Position numbers and translations under genes: made by a program. Source: Chlamydiota bacterium (lineage in GTDB: Bacteria; Auribacterota; Tritonobacteria; UBA1439). From it: a stretch of 64,000 nucleotides of DNA. Positions 18,409-27,528 of the stretch are shown one piece after another. Under the pieces are notes generated by a model. That model had not been told where the DNA came from and did not search any database. It saw only the letters and a program-made list of their open reading frames with translations. Positions within the stretch are counted from its first letter, which is position 1; every line of letters begins with the position of its first letter. The stretch spans positions 1 through 64,000 of the forward strand of contig JBAXOY010000001.1 in assembly GCA_037133055.1 (NCBI GenBank), read 5' to 3'.

Positions 18409-18594
18409 TGCAACTGCTCAGGAGCCAGAATTCAGGAGTCAGAAGTCAGGAGTTAGAATAAGGACGCCGGCGGTGATAGTTGAGAACTTGAAATATGGCG
18501 ATGGTTCCGGGCTGGATTCAGTACGCTGCGGGAAGTGTATCCGGGACCCATTCTGAATTCTGGCTTCTGGCTTCTGACTACCTGAATAGTTACA
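18409..18594. mobile_element. MITE-like element with terminal inverted repeats and 6-bp target-site duplication
   Basis: Ends TGCAACTGCTCAGG ... CCTGAATAGTTACA; CAGGAT flanks both sides (18403-18408, 18595-18600); subterminal inverted TCAG(G/A)AG heptamer arrays. Confidence 0.7.
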
Positions 18595-18624
18595 CAGGAT
18601 CAACCATCAACCAGGGAGGTTCTC

Positions 18625-19275
18625 ATGACGATCGGCACGCGTACCCGCGCGCATGCGCTATGCGCCGCGCTCACCGCTCTCACGCTGCTCTTTTTCGCCG
18701 CCGGCGCCTGCGCCAAGGGGCAGGCGGCTCCCGCGGAGAAAACCACGCTCGACAATCTCCTCGCCGCCTACAACGGCGAGAGCAACGCCCACGCGCGCTA
18801 CCTGGCGTTCGCCGCGAAGGCTGACGAGGAGGGGTTCGGGCAGGCGGCGAGCCTCTTCAGGGCGGTCGCCAGGGCCGAGCAGGTCCACTACGAGCGTCAC
18901 GCGGAGGTGATCAGGAAACTCGGCGGAACCCCGGAGGCGAAAATCGAAACGCCCTCGGTGAAAACCACGAAGGAGAACCTCGAAGAGGCGGTGAAGGGCG
19001 AGACATACGAGACCGAAGTGATGTACCCGGCATTCCTCGCGCAGGCGAAGAAGGAGAAGAAGGCCGACGCGGTCGACGCGTTCGAGGACGCGAAGGCGGC
19101 GGAGGCCGTCCACGCCGGATGGTACAAGAAGGTGCTCGCGAATCTGGATGGATGGAAGGGCGCGAAGAAGGAGTTTTCAGTGTGCCCCGTCTGCGGGAAC
19201 GTCGTGGACGTGCTCCCGGGACCGGCGTGCCCCATCTGCCTGACCGACACGAAAAAGTTCATCCCGGTGAGATGA
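18625..19275 (+). CDS. rbr: Rubrerythrin with N-terminal signal peptide
   Basis: GESNAHARY, AEQVH, GETYE..MY, AEAVH diiron motifs; C-terminal CPVCG...CPIC; GGAGG RBS. Confidence 0.9.
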   Translation: MTIGTRTRAHALCAALTALTLLFFAAGACAKGQAAPAEKTTLDNLLAAYNGESNAHARYLAFAAKADEEGFGQAASLFRAVARAEQVHYERHAEVIRKLGGTPEAKIETPSVKTTKENLEEAVKGETYETEVMYPAFLAQAKKEKKADAVDAFEDAKAAEAVHAGWYKKVLANLDGWKGAKKEFSVCPVCGNVVDVLPGPACPICLTDTKKFIPVR

Positions 19276-19421
19276 GGGATCGTGTCCCCGGCGCCGGACG
19301 CGGCGCCGCCGTTTCGTCGAAGCGAAAGGGATCGGCGGATGAGAGCCCGCCGATCCCTTTTTATGTCGTCGCCCCTCGGTCTCCTCCCCTTCCCGGGGGA
19401 GCGACCGGGTGGGATCACCCA

Positions 19422-19646
19422 TCAAGACTTCTTGAGATAATTCGCCTTCACCCATCCCCAGTTGAGCGTGAGGTGCGTGACCGCCAGGGCGATCAGCAGC
19501 ACGCCGTTGTGCTCGTGGGCCTCGAACACCGTCTGTGTGAACGGCGTTCTCAACCGGAAGGCGATGATGCCGCCCGTGACCGCCTGCACGGCGAGGGAAA
19601 GAAACAGCACGGGATTCACGATCCGCAGCCATTTTTGTTTATTCAT
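19422..19646 (-). CDS. Small two-TM protein, DUF4405-like
   Basis: AVTG..AHEHNG..VTHLTLNWGWV pattern. Confidence 0.7.
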   Translation of the reverse strand: MNKQKWLRIVNPVLFLSLAVQAVTGGIIAFRLRTPFTQTVFEAHEHNGVLLIALAVTHLTLNWGWVKANYLKKS

Positions 19647-19779
19647 CCGCACCTGCCTTGTTGGGTGGGGTCCGGACCCCACGGTCGAGCACGCATCCGA
19701 GGATCTCCGTCAGGGACGCCACATGGTAGCGCTTCTGAATGAAGCCCGCAAGACCATTCCCCGCGAGATAAAGAAAAAG
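19639..19779 (-). pseudogene. Possible C-terminal remnant of a response-regulator receiver domain
   Basis: Startless frame LAGNGLAGFIQKRYHVASLTEILGCVLD resembles the G..GFIQKPY...L...L..VL receiver end; in-frame TGA immediately upstream. Confidence 0.4.
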
Positions 19780-20016
19780 TCAGAACATCACCCGCCATCA
19801 TTCCCCCGTCATCATCGTTCGCCGCAGGGAGCGCGGGGCAGGTTAGTCAATAGTCGAGGTCTGATGCTTTTTCGGGCATAGGCGAACCGTGCGCGAGCGG
19901 TACCACGAGTGGAGATACGCGCGATCGCCGGACGTTATTAGTGCATAGTAAAAGTCTACCCTGAATTTTTCCTTAATTATTGAACTTTCCAACCAAATAT
20001 ATCGGTATCGTACGGT

Positions 20017-20235
20017 ATGTCAAAACAATCTGCAGACGCATCAGCGCACATGGAAGGAGCTCCTCGATCAGAACAGTTATTTCCCGTTGAAAGGGAATAT
20101 TCCCGTTGCGTTACCGCCTTAAACCGCACCGGCATTCTCACACTTCTTCCGAAATCAGAAAGCATTGGAGTGATTGGAATGGATGGAAAAGAGTATCCAC
20201 TGCCAACCCAAAAACAGGGAGCTTGTGCCGACTGA
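20017..20235 (+). pseudogene. Short, probably truncated hypothetical gene in AT-richer islet
   Basis: 72-aa ORF with protein-like composition ending abruptly next to a half attC-like site. Confidence 0.35.
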
Positions 20236-20381
20236 TCGCTGGTTTCGAGACGTTGGGCGGGCTCGCTTGGATATGCACCGTACAGGCAATAAGCTTTGCA
20301 CGAGGAGTTGGGGGGGGTCCTCCACGGTGAGACTGCTCGCTCTGTTCTGAAGACACGATGCATTGTGTGTTTCTGTCTATG

Positions 20382-20446
20382 GCCGAACGAAAAGCATCAG
20401 GATTTGCCGCGCCTTGGCGATAGTATCCTGGATGCCTTTGTTGGCT
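20382..20446 (-). mobile_element. Integron attC-like site at the end of vapC
   Basis: Minus strand AGCCAAC-5-CATCCAGG ... CCTGATG-6-GTTCGGC: R boxes plus 8/7-nt L boxes with one extrahelical base. Confidence 0.75.
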
Positions 20447-20846
20447 TTTCCGGTGTCTTTAGTATCTTCAGACCGCAGTATTCGGCTAGGGGATTAAAGT
20501 CGCGATCATTGTGCAAAAGAGGAATGTCATGTTCAATCGCCACGGCAGCAATCATGCAGTCAACGGTGTTGCGGATCGTGATCCCTTTGTGCCGCACTAT
20601 CCGATACAGTTCCGCGGCCTTTACGAAAGTATGCTGGTTCATCGGGAGGAACAGGAAAGAGTCGAATCGGGACAATGTATCGAGATAGTCTTCGTTTTTA
20701 CGAATCCCTTGTAGGACTTCGGTAAGGATAACCCCGCAGATACAGATGTCTTCCCCCGCGTTAAGAATTTGCTCCAGCGTATGGACCTCCGGCGAATTTT
20801 TCCCATGAAAAAAATCGATCCATACGGATGTGTCGATGATGATCAT
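20397..20846 (-). CDS. vapC: VapC PIN-domain toxin
   Basis: MIIIDTSVWIDF, EVLQG, VDCMIAAVA, LLHNDRDF. Confidence 0.92.
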   Translation of the reverse strand: MIIIDTSVWIDFFHGKNSPEVHTLEQILNAGEDICICGVILTEVLQGIRKNEDYLDTLSRFDSFLFLPMNQHTFVKAAELYRIVRHKGITIRNTVDCMIAAVAIEHDIPLLHNDRDFNPLAEYCGLKILKTPEKPTKASRILSPRRGKS

Positions 20847-21049
20847 GTCATCCCTCTGCCTCTTCGCCAAGCGCTGAGGTTGCCTCGCCATGAAATCCGG
20901 CCCTTCAATTCCAAGACTTTCTTTTGACACGCATGCCGGAGGAGTTCCTGCAGGGCGTGATCAATGACCCCCCTGCGCGTCCTAATGCCGGTTTCCTTCT
21001 GGCATTTCACCACGAGATTATCGTCCAAGACAACGTTTGTCCTCGTCAT
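20843..21049 (-). CDS. vapB: VapB-family antitoxin
   Basis: MTRTNVVLDDNL...TGIRTRRGVIDHAL...W.GNL; ATGA overlap with vapC. Confidence 0.88.
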   Translation of the reverse strand: MTRTNVVLDDNLVVKCQKETGIRTRRGVIDHALQELLRHACQKKVLELKGRISWRGNLSAWRRGRGMT

Positions 21050-21068
21050 ATCCGCTTTCCTCCTTTTT

Positions 21069-21102
21069 TTATACACATACTATGATATATAAATGTGTAT
21101 AA
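21069..21102. promoter_or_regulatory. Probable VapBC operator
   Basis: Perfect 10-bp inverted repeat TTATACACAT-N14-ATGTGTATAA just upstream of vapB. Confidence 0.65.
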
Positions 21103-21554
21103 CAAGCTCTTTTTTATCAGCAAACTTGTTGGTGCTACACAAATCTCTGTCTGCCGGGGAACCCGAGTCCCCTGCACCCAAAGCACATTGCCGACAAGAG
21201 GCGCTGTCAGGAAACTTCAGGGCCAGATAGTTTTGACCTTTTTACCGATGGACACCTCATCGGCTCCCAGAGCGGTAATACCGTCTGTACTCATCCCCAC
21301 TCCCCCGTGGTGAGCGTCCCTCGCCGGACGGGCACGGTGTACATGTCCGTGAACGCGGAAACGGCGTTCCGCGCGGCCGGCGGAATCCCGGCGAACACGA
21401 AGCCGGCCGCACTCGTGAAGTTTTCCGGGTGTCCGGACGGCATCGCGGGAAGCGGGTGGAGCGCGCTCGACCAGGGCGTGAGGCTCCATACGGAACGCCG
21501 CGGGCACGGATCGCGGGTCGGGACACATCCTCCCGTCGCTGCGTCGCACCCGGC

Positions 21555-21773
21555 TTACTCTCCCTCTTTTTTCCCCCTGGCCTTGCACGCCTCCTCGACG
21601 GACTGGCCGAGCACGATGCGTCCGAGCCTCTTGTGCCCGCAGCGACCGTAGCATTCCTTCCACACCGCGCTGAGTTTCCCGGTGCAGTCCGGGTGCGCCG
21701 CGGTGAGCCCTTTCCACGCCGCGGCAAATTCATCCACCGCCTTCTTGGCGGCCTCCTCGTCCCACCCCTTCAT
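21555..21773 (-). CDS. Hypothetical 72-aa protein
   Basis: Strong GGAGGAGG RBS, GC3-biased codons, W..CY.RCGHKRLGRI segment. Confidence 0.65.
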   Translation of the reverse strand: MKGWDEEAAKKAVDEFAAAWKGLTAAHPDCTGKLSAVWKECYGRCGHKRLGRIVLGQSVEEACKARGKKEGE

Positions 21774-22044
21774 ATCCTCCTCCTTTCCCCTCGTCCATGA
21801 ACCTGTGTATACCGTTCACCCGAAAAACGGCTACCGCCCACGAGGGGCCTGAAGGCCCCCCTGCGAAAGCGGCGGGATTGACCTCTTCCTCCTTCCTTCC
21901 CTCGCCGCCATTATCCATGTTCACCCTATTAGTCGTGAAAATCGAGATTTTATTACGGACTATTTTGGGATATTTTTGAATGTTGCGGGGTCTGCTCTTT
22001 TCGCGCAGCGGAGAGCCCCCCGATATCGCCGGCCTCCCCCGACA

Positions 22045-22236
22045 CTACTTCTCGAGGACGCGGACCCAGGGGTAAAGGGCGAGGGAGCAGAAAATGCCTT
22101 TGGCGAGGAAGTACCAGGGGATGGGCTCGTTCTCGAATTTGCCCTTGAACACGCCGTTCCCGAGCAGGAACACGTAGACGCAGATCAGGAGGATGATCGC
22201 TGCGGCGAACGAGAGGCGCCTGCGCAGCGGCGTCAC
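22045..22236 (-). CDS. Small two-TM membrane protein
   Basis: GTG start with GGGGAGG RBS; two hydrophobic segments. Confidence 0.55.
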   Translation of the reverse strand: MTPLRRRLSFAAAIILLICVYVFLLGNGVFKGKFENEPIPWYFLAKGIFCSLALYPWVRVLEK

Positions 22237-22342
22237 GGCGCCTCCCCTGCCGCCGGATACGCGCGCGAGCAATCGGCCACACACGGCATCCGGTTACCCG
22301 CATAGTCCCCTGCCCTGTCCCGCGGAGAGAGGCGGGATCGTT

Positions 22343-22432
22343 TCAGGCGGTCTGGATGCAGTAGAGGATCATACAGAGTATGAACAGTATGACGCCCGCA
22401 ATGATGAGAATCTTGTGATGTGTCTTTGTCAT
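22343..22432 (-). CDS. 29-aa single-TM microprotein (not in ORF track)
   Basis: MTKTHHKILIIAGVILFILCMILYCIQTA, directly downstream of TPR gene. Confidence 0.45.
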   Translation of the reverse strand: MTKTHHKILIIAGVILFILCMILYCIQTA

Positions 22433-22456
22433 AGTCCAGCTTTTTCTCGATATCCT

Positions 22457-24361
22457 TCAGGGCCCACCGGAGAAGGGGGGAGTTCGCACGGGTGCGGGAC
22501 CCGGAACAGGCCCGTGACCTTTCGCGGGCGCGGCATCGGGCACGACCGCCCTGCTGTCCCGCCTCGAGTCCATCGCCGCTTTGAGTTCGCGGTAGCGGTC
22601 GAGGTGGGCCTGTGCGGCCTTTTCGTCCTTAAGCTTTCCGCGAAGGAGGATGCCGAGCGCGAGGTGCGCCTCCGCGTACGCCGGGGCATTTGACAGCGCA
22701 TTCTCGTACTCCTCGCGCGCCTTGTCGAACGCCCCCAGTTCCTCGTAGAGCCTCCCCAGGGCGTAGCGTCCCCGATGGTACTCTGGGTTGAAGTGGAGGG
22801 CCAGCTTGAACTCGCGAAGCGCCGCGCTTCTCATCCCTTTTTTCTGGTAGATGAGCCCGAGGTTGTAGTGCGCGTAGCTATGCTCCGGGTCGATCCGGAT
22901 CGTCTTCTTGTACTCCTCCATCGCGGCGTCGAGCTCGTTCCGCTCATGGTGGAATACGGCGAGGTTGTAGCGCAGGGTGGCGTTGTCCGGGTTCCTCTGC
23001 GCGAGCGCGCGATACTCACCCATAAGCTCACCCCCGTCCCGCATCGCGCCCGCGAGCTCTTTCCGGAGTTCCTCCGCGTCCACCGCAGGGATGTCGTCGG
23101 AGGAGAGCGCCTTCCGGTAGAGATAGATCGCCTTCCCCGGGCTTCCCAGCGGCCCTCGGTAGAGCGCGGCGAGCTTCTTCAGGCACTGCCAGTCGCCCGG
23201 CTGGAGATGAAGCGCATCTTCGTATTTCGCGGCGGCCTCCTCGCGCGAGCCGCGGCGGTCGAGGGCGTCGCCCCACTGGGCGTACGTGCTCGCCAACTCC
23301 CCGCTCAGCGGGAGCGCATCGTCGGTCGAGAGGGCGGTCGTGAAACAGTGGACCGCCCCGGCGAAATCCCCGACCCCGCGCTGGGCCCGCCCGAGCTGGA
23401 CGAGCGCCTGCACCCGGGCCGGATCAATCGCCAACGCCTCCTCGAAGTTCTTCTTGGCGCTCTCGAAATCGGCGTTGTCCAGGTAGAATTGTCCCAGGCC
23501 GCAGCAGGCGTCCGCGAGCGGCGCCGCCGTCGGAAGCTCCGGGTCGACCCGCCGGGCCTCCCGCAGATACCTCACGGCGCTGTGATAGCTCTTCTTCCTG
23601 AGCATCAGGAGGCCGAGCTGATACGAAGCGTCCGCCATCCCGCGGTCCAGCTCGGCCGCGAGTTTAAGCTCTTGTTCGGCGCCCACGGCGTCCCCCCCGT
23701 GGAGGCACACCATCCCGAGATTGAAGCGCGCGATGGCGTTCCCGGGCTGCTTCTCCAGCACCTTCCGGTAGTGGACGGCGCTCTTTCCCGCCTGGAAGCC
23801 GGGGCCGTAGCGTTCGCCGTTCGCATACTCGTAGCAGACGGCGAGGTTGTAGTGCACCGGGACGCTGCTGCCGCCAAGCATGAGCGCCTTCTCGAACGAG
23901 GAGATCGCCTCAGCCTGCTTCCGTTGCCGCATGAAGATCACGCCGCGGTTAAAGAGCGCCGAAAGACTCCCGGGGTCGATTTCGAGCACCCGAGCGAATT
24001 CGACCTGTGCCTCGTCGAGTCTGCCCATCTCCCCATAGACGATCCCGAGGTTGAGACGCGGCGCGGGGTCCGAGGGCCTGAGCTCCGCGGCCGTGCGAAA
24101 CTGCTCCGCCGCCTTCTGGCTTTCTCCCTCCGCGCGGTATCGGACGCCGAGCCGGAAGTGGGAATCCGCCGAAAGCGGATCGACCGCCACGGCGTCCGGG
24201 GCCGCCGCGTCTCCCGTTGCCCCCGGCGCGCGCGCACCGGTCTCCTCGGCGAGCGGGGCGAGAGAGGGCCCGAAAGGGTCGGCGGGAGACTGACCGATCG
24301 CCGTCAGCAAGGGAATGCATAGTGCCGCACAGGCGGCGATCAGGGGGCGAGGCGGTGTCAT
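22457..24361 (-). CDS. Secreted multi-TPR protein
   Basis: Signal peptide and many TPRs (AHYNLGLIY, ALFNRGVIF etc.). Confidence 0.85.
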   Translation of the reverse strand: MTPPRPLIAACAALCIPLLTAIGQSPADPFGPSLAPLAEETGARAPGATGDAAAPDAVAVDPLSADSHFRLGVRYRAEGESQKAAEQFRTAAELRPSDPAPRLNLGIVYGEMGRLDEAQVEFARVLEIDPGSLSALFNRGVIFMRQRKQAEAISSFEKALMLGGSSVPVHYNLAVCYEYANGERYGPGFQAGKSAVHYRKVLEKQPGNAIARFNLGMVCLHGGDAVGAEQELKLAAELDRGMADASYQLGLLMLRKKSYHSAVRYLREARRVDPELPTAAPLADACCGLGQFYLDNADFESAKKNFEEALAIDPARVQALVQLGRAQRGVGDFAGAVHCFTTALSTDDALPLSGELASTYAQWGDALDRRGSREEAAAKYEDALHLQPGDWQCLKKLAALYRGPLGSPGKAIYLYRKALSSDDIPAVDAEELRKELAGAMRDGGELMGEYRALAQRNPDNATLRYNLAVFHHERNELDAAMEEYKKTIRIDPEHSYAHYNLGLIYQKKGMRSAALREFKLALHFNPEYHRGRYALGRLYEELGAFDKAREEYENALSNAPAYAEAHLALGILLRGKLKDEKAAQAHLDRYRELKAAMDSRRDSRAVVPDAAPAKGHGPVPGPAPVRTPPFSGGP

Positions 24362-25659
24362 GAGGATTTACGCGAGACGGGTCCGCGGACGAGGAGCGTG
24401 GTGCCCCAGGCGAGCAGGCCCACTACCGCGCCGCCGATCGCTCCCGCCGCGATCAGCATGCGCATGCGGGGGCCCTGGCTGAGCGGTATTGAGGGCGCGG
24501 CGATGTCCACGATCTCCATGCCCACCGAGCGGGCGCCGGGCGAAAACTTGGCCTGTGCCTCCTCGATCACCGCGCGCGCGTTGTCGACAGCCTTCTGCCG
24601 CGCCTGGTACTCGCCGACGAAGGAGCCGGCGCGATCCTCATCGGAGACGACGAGGGCGGCGATCTTCACCGCCGCCGCGCGCGACTCGCGCAGGTACGCC
24701 GCGTGGTCGGAGAGCGCGGCGATCTCCCGCTTCGTCTTGCTGAGATCGAGGGCGATATCCTTGTACACAGGATTCATCTCGCGGCGCTCCTCCTTCACCG
24801 TCTCCAGGGGCTTGTCCCTGAGGAGTCCCTTGATCTGCTCCACCTCCTGCTCGTAGCGGGCGCGGAGCGGGTGCTTGTTCGTGGAGTCGACGCTCAGGCG
24901 ATGGAGTTCCATCTGCTTCTCGGCGAGCTTCTGCTGGAGCTCCCGCACCACCGGGTTCTCCTCCTTCATCTGGTAGGTGACCACATACTGCTGCTCGCCC
25001 TCGAGGCTTTTCGCAAGGATCTTCTCTTTCGAGGTGAGCTCCCGCAGTTTCCCCTCCGTCTCGGCGCTCTCCTTGTCGAGGCGTGCGGTCTCCTCCCCCA
25101 CGATCTTCGGGAGGCGCTCCCCCCGGGCGAGCCTTGCGAGTGTGCGGTCGGCGTGCTGCGCGGGAAGCCCCTCCTTTTCCACGAGGAAGGCCTTGAGCGT
25201 GTCGCCGGCCTTCTCCTGGAGCCCTTCCTCGACGGAAAGGCGCTCCTTCAGGCGGACGACTTCCTTCCGCCCGTTCTCGTCGCCGAGCCGGGTGCGCCCC
25301 TGCTGGAAGCTGTCCACCCACGCGCGGACAAAGGCATCGGCGACCCCGGGCTCCCCCGCCCGGTACCCGAGCCTGATGCGGCCCTCGTCGATGACCGACG
25401 CGTAGACGCGCTCGGAGAGGTCCTCCACCGTCAGGCGCCCCTGCGCGCCCCCCGACTGGTGGGCGGCCTCGACCAGGACAGGCGCCTCGATCATCTGGCG
25501 CCGTATCTCCGCGATCCCGCCCTCCCGGAGCGGGGTGCCGCGCACGGCAACGGTCGCCTCGCACAGGAAGAGGGGTTCGCGCATGAGGGCGTAGCACCAG
25601 CCGAGCACGGCGCCGGCGAAAGAAAACAGGAGGAGAAAAATCGGAATCCGTTTCACCAC
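24358..25659 (-). CDS. Wzz/GumC-like polysaccharide co-polymerase (no kinase domain)
   Basis: N- and C-terminal TMs, long coiled coil, T.KHP and NPVY motifs, IVD.A.P..P before last TM. Confidence 0.7.
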   Translation of the reverse strand: MVKRIPIFLLLFSFAGAVLGWCYALMREPLFLCEATVAVRGTPLREGGIAEIRRQMIEAPVLVEAAHQSGGAQGRLTVEDLSERVYASVIDEGRIRLGYRAGEPGVADAFVRAWVDSFQQGRTRLGDENGRKEVVRLKERLSVEEGLQEKAGDTLKAFLVEKEGLPAQHADRTLARLARGERLPKIVGEETARLDKESAETEGKLRELTSKEKILAKSLEGEQQYVVTYQMKEENPVVRELQQKLAEKQMELHRLSVDSTNKHPLRARYEQEVEQIKGLLRDKPLETVKEERREMNPVYKDIALDLSKTKREIAALSDHAAYLRESRAAAVKIAALVVSDEDRAGSFVGEYQARQKAVDNARAVIEEAQAKFSPGARSVGMEIVDIAAPSIPLSQGPRMRMLIAAGAIGGAVVGLLAWGTTLLVRGPVSRKSS

Positions 25660-25721
25660 AAGCCCCCGCGCGGGAGTTCAGCGCTCGGTCACATTCTCTC
25701 CCGGAGAAATCGATGGGATAC

Positions 25722-26081
25722 TCAGCGATCGTCCAGCGGTTCCACCCTGAGCCTGAAGTTGAACCTGGTCCCGCCGATGTCGAGGGTGAGAAAGGTGTTC
25801 ATCCGGGTGAGGAGTATCCGGTACGGGACCTGCACCGAGTGCCCCTGGATGTCGAGGCCGACGTTCGTCTCGCCGAGGATATCTTCCGCGCCCCGCACCG
25901 CCTCGACCAGGCGCGCGAACTTGCTGAATTTCTCGCGCAACGCCCCGTTGAACACATACTCGCGCCGGCAGCCCGGGCAGTGCACCCTCGTCTCCTTTTC
26001 GACGGCAAGCAGGGGGAAGGAAAGAACCTCCCTGCACTGTTCGTTCACACACCTGAACTCTATCGTGCTGTTTTTCTTCAC
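25722..26081 (-). CDS. Zn-ribbon hypothetical protein
   Basis: C....C ... CPGC, EDILG...V.VPYRILLTR; start uncertain (GTG 26081 or ATG 26102). Confidence 0.7.
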   Translation of the reverse strand: MKKNSTIEFRCVNEQCREVLSFPLLAVEKETRVHCPGCRREYVFNGALREKFSKFARLVEAVRGAEDILGETNVGLDIQGHSVQVPYRILLTRMNTFLTLDIGGTRFNFRLRVEPLDDR

Positions 26082-26270
26082 GCGATATCTCTTCGGCGGC
26101 ATTTTTCGCGGCTGGATCCCATGACAAAAGTATCAAATGTCGGGGCGCGGGTAAAGGGGATTTTACCAGGAGATTTTACCAGGATCCCGAACTCCCGGGT
26201 GCGCGGCGGCGGCGTTTCACGTATACTATGGGGCGGCCTTCACGCGGCTTTCCATCGGAGGAAACACCCC

Positions 26271-27185
26271 ATGTACGACCTGATCATCATCGGCGGAGGA
26301 ATCACCGGGCAGACGGCCGCCATCTACGCCGCGCGGAAGCGAATGCGTTTCCTCCTCATTGCGAAGGAGTTGGGAGGGCAATTTCTCGAGTCGGGCGAGG
26401 TCCTCAACTACCCGGGCATCGTCAAGACGACCGGGGCGGAATTCGCCGCGCGCATGGAGGAGCAGCTCAAGTTCAACGGGGTGGAGCCGATGGAGGGGGA
26501 GGAGGCGCGGCGGATCGAGAAGATCCCCGGCGGTTTCCGCGTACGCTGCTCGGGCGGCGACTTCGAGGCGCGGGCCCTCATCATCGCAACCGGGGCGCGC
26601 GCCAGGAAACTCGGTGTGCCGGGCGAAGACAGGCTCGCCCGGAAGGGCGTCACCTACTGCTCCATCTGCGACGGGCCGCTCTTCGCCGGCATGGACATCG
26701 CCATCGTAGGCGGAGGAAACTCGGCGCTCGAAGGGGCGAACTTCACGAAGGACGTGGCGCGGAAGATCACGCTCGTGGACATCGGGCCGTCGTTCGCCGC
26801 CCACGAATACCTGATCGAGAACGTCGCCGCCTATCCCAACGTCGAGGCGATCCACAACGCGAGGACGGTCGAGATCACGGGCGGGGCATCGGTCGCCGGG
26901 CTCGTCTACGAGAAAGACGGCGCGACGCACACGCTGCCGGTCAGCGGAGTCATCGTCGAGATCGGCAGGGTGCCCAATACCGAATTCGTCGAGGGGTTTC
27001 TCGACCGGAACAGCCAGTCGCACATCGTCATCGACTGCTGGACCAGGGCCTCGGTCGAGGGCGTCTTCGCGGCGGGGGACTGCGCCTCCGGCCAGGAATA
27101 CCAGTACGTGATCGCCGCGGGGCAGGGATGCATGGCCCTGCTCAAGGCATCACGCTACCTGGCGAATCTCAAAGACGCGTCCTGA
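26271..27185 (+). CDS. Thioredoxin reductase/AhpF-like FAD-dependent disulfide oxidoreductase
   Basis: GGGITG, GVTYCSICDG, GGGNSA, GVFAAGD; GGAGG RBS. Confidence 0.9.
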   Translation: MYDLIIIGGGITGQTAAIYAARKRMRFLLIAKELGGQFLESGEVLNYPGIVKTTGAEFAARMEEQLKFNGVEPMEGEEARRIEKIPGGFRVRCSGGDFEARALIIATGARARKLGVPGEDRLARKGVTYCSICDGPLFAGMDIAIVGGGNSALEGANFTKDVARKITLVDIGPSFAAHEYLIENVAAYPNVEAIHNARTVEITGGASVAGLVYEKDGATHTLPVSGVIVEIGRVPNTEFVEGFLDRNSQSHIVIDCWTRASVEGVFAAGDCASGQEYQYVIAAGQGCMALLKASRYLANLKDAS

Positions 27186-27240
27186 ATCTTGTCCTCCCCG
27201 GTCTCACCCCCCCTTGGTCCGCCTGCGTCACCCCGCCTGC

Positions 27241-27312
27241 GGCCCTGTGGCTGGACCCGGGCCTGTGGCGCTGTGTACCGGGCCTGTGGCGCTGTGGGGG
27301 CCTGTGGCGCTG
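27241..27312. repeat. GGGCCTGTGGCGCTGT direct repeats (3 full, 1 partial)
   Basis: Seen directly; last copy abuts TTGACA. Confidence 0.85.
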
Positions 27313-27341
27313 TTGACATCCCGTCGTCGAGATGTTATACT
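27313..27341 (+). promoter_or_regulatory. Near-consensus sigma70 promoter
   Basis: TTGACA-17 bp-TATACT with TG extension. Confidence 0.75.
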
Positions 27342-27369
27342 TACAGTGTGGGGAGAGAGTGGAGGACGT

Positions 27370-27528
27370 ATGTACAGGGTCGTGGTGCTGATTTCTATTG
27401 CGGGAGGAGCGGTGGTCTGCGCGTCGCTCCTCTTCACCCTGATATGCCTGTTTTTTTACCTCATCGAGCGGCGCACCTCCGCCCGCGCAGCGGGCAGACC
27501 GGGAGGCGGGATGGAGGCAGGCGCATGA
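27370..27528 (+). CDS. 52-aa membrane microprotein
   Basis: GGAGG RBS; MYRVVVLISIAGGAVVCASLLFTLICLFFYLIERR. Confidence 0.6.
   Translation: MYRVVVLISIAGGAVVCASLLFTLICLFFYLIERRTSARAAGRPGGGMEAGA

Noticed and set aside
21096..21135. CACCAAC...GTTATAC hairpin upstream of vapB as another attC
   Set aside because: Too short and lacks recognisable L boxes
27241..27312. Direct repeats as a mini CRISPR array
   Set aside because: Repeats are 16 bp with spacers of only a few bases; no cas genes
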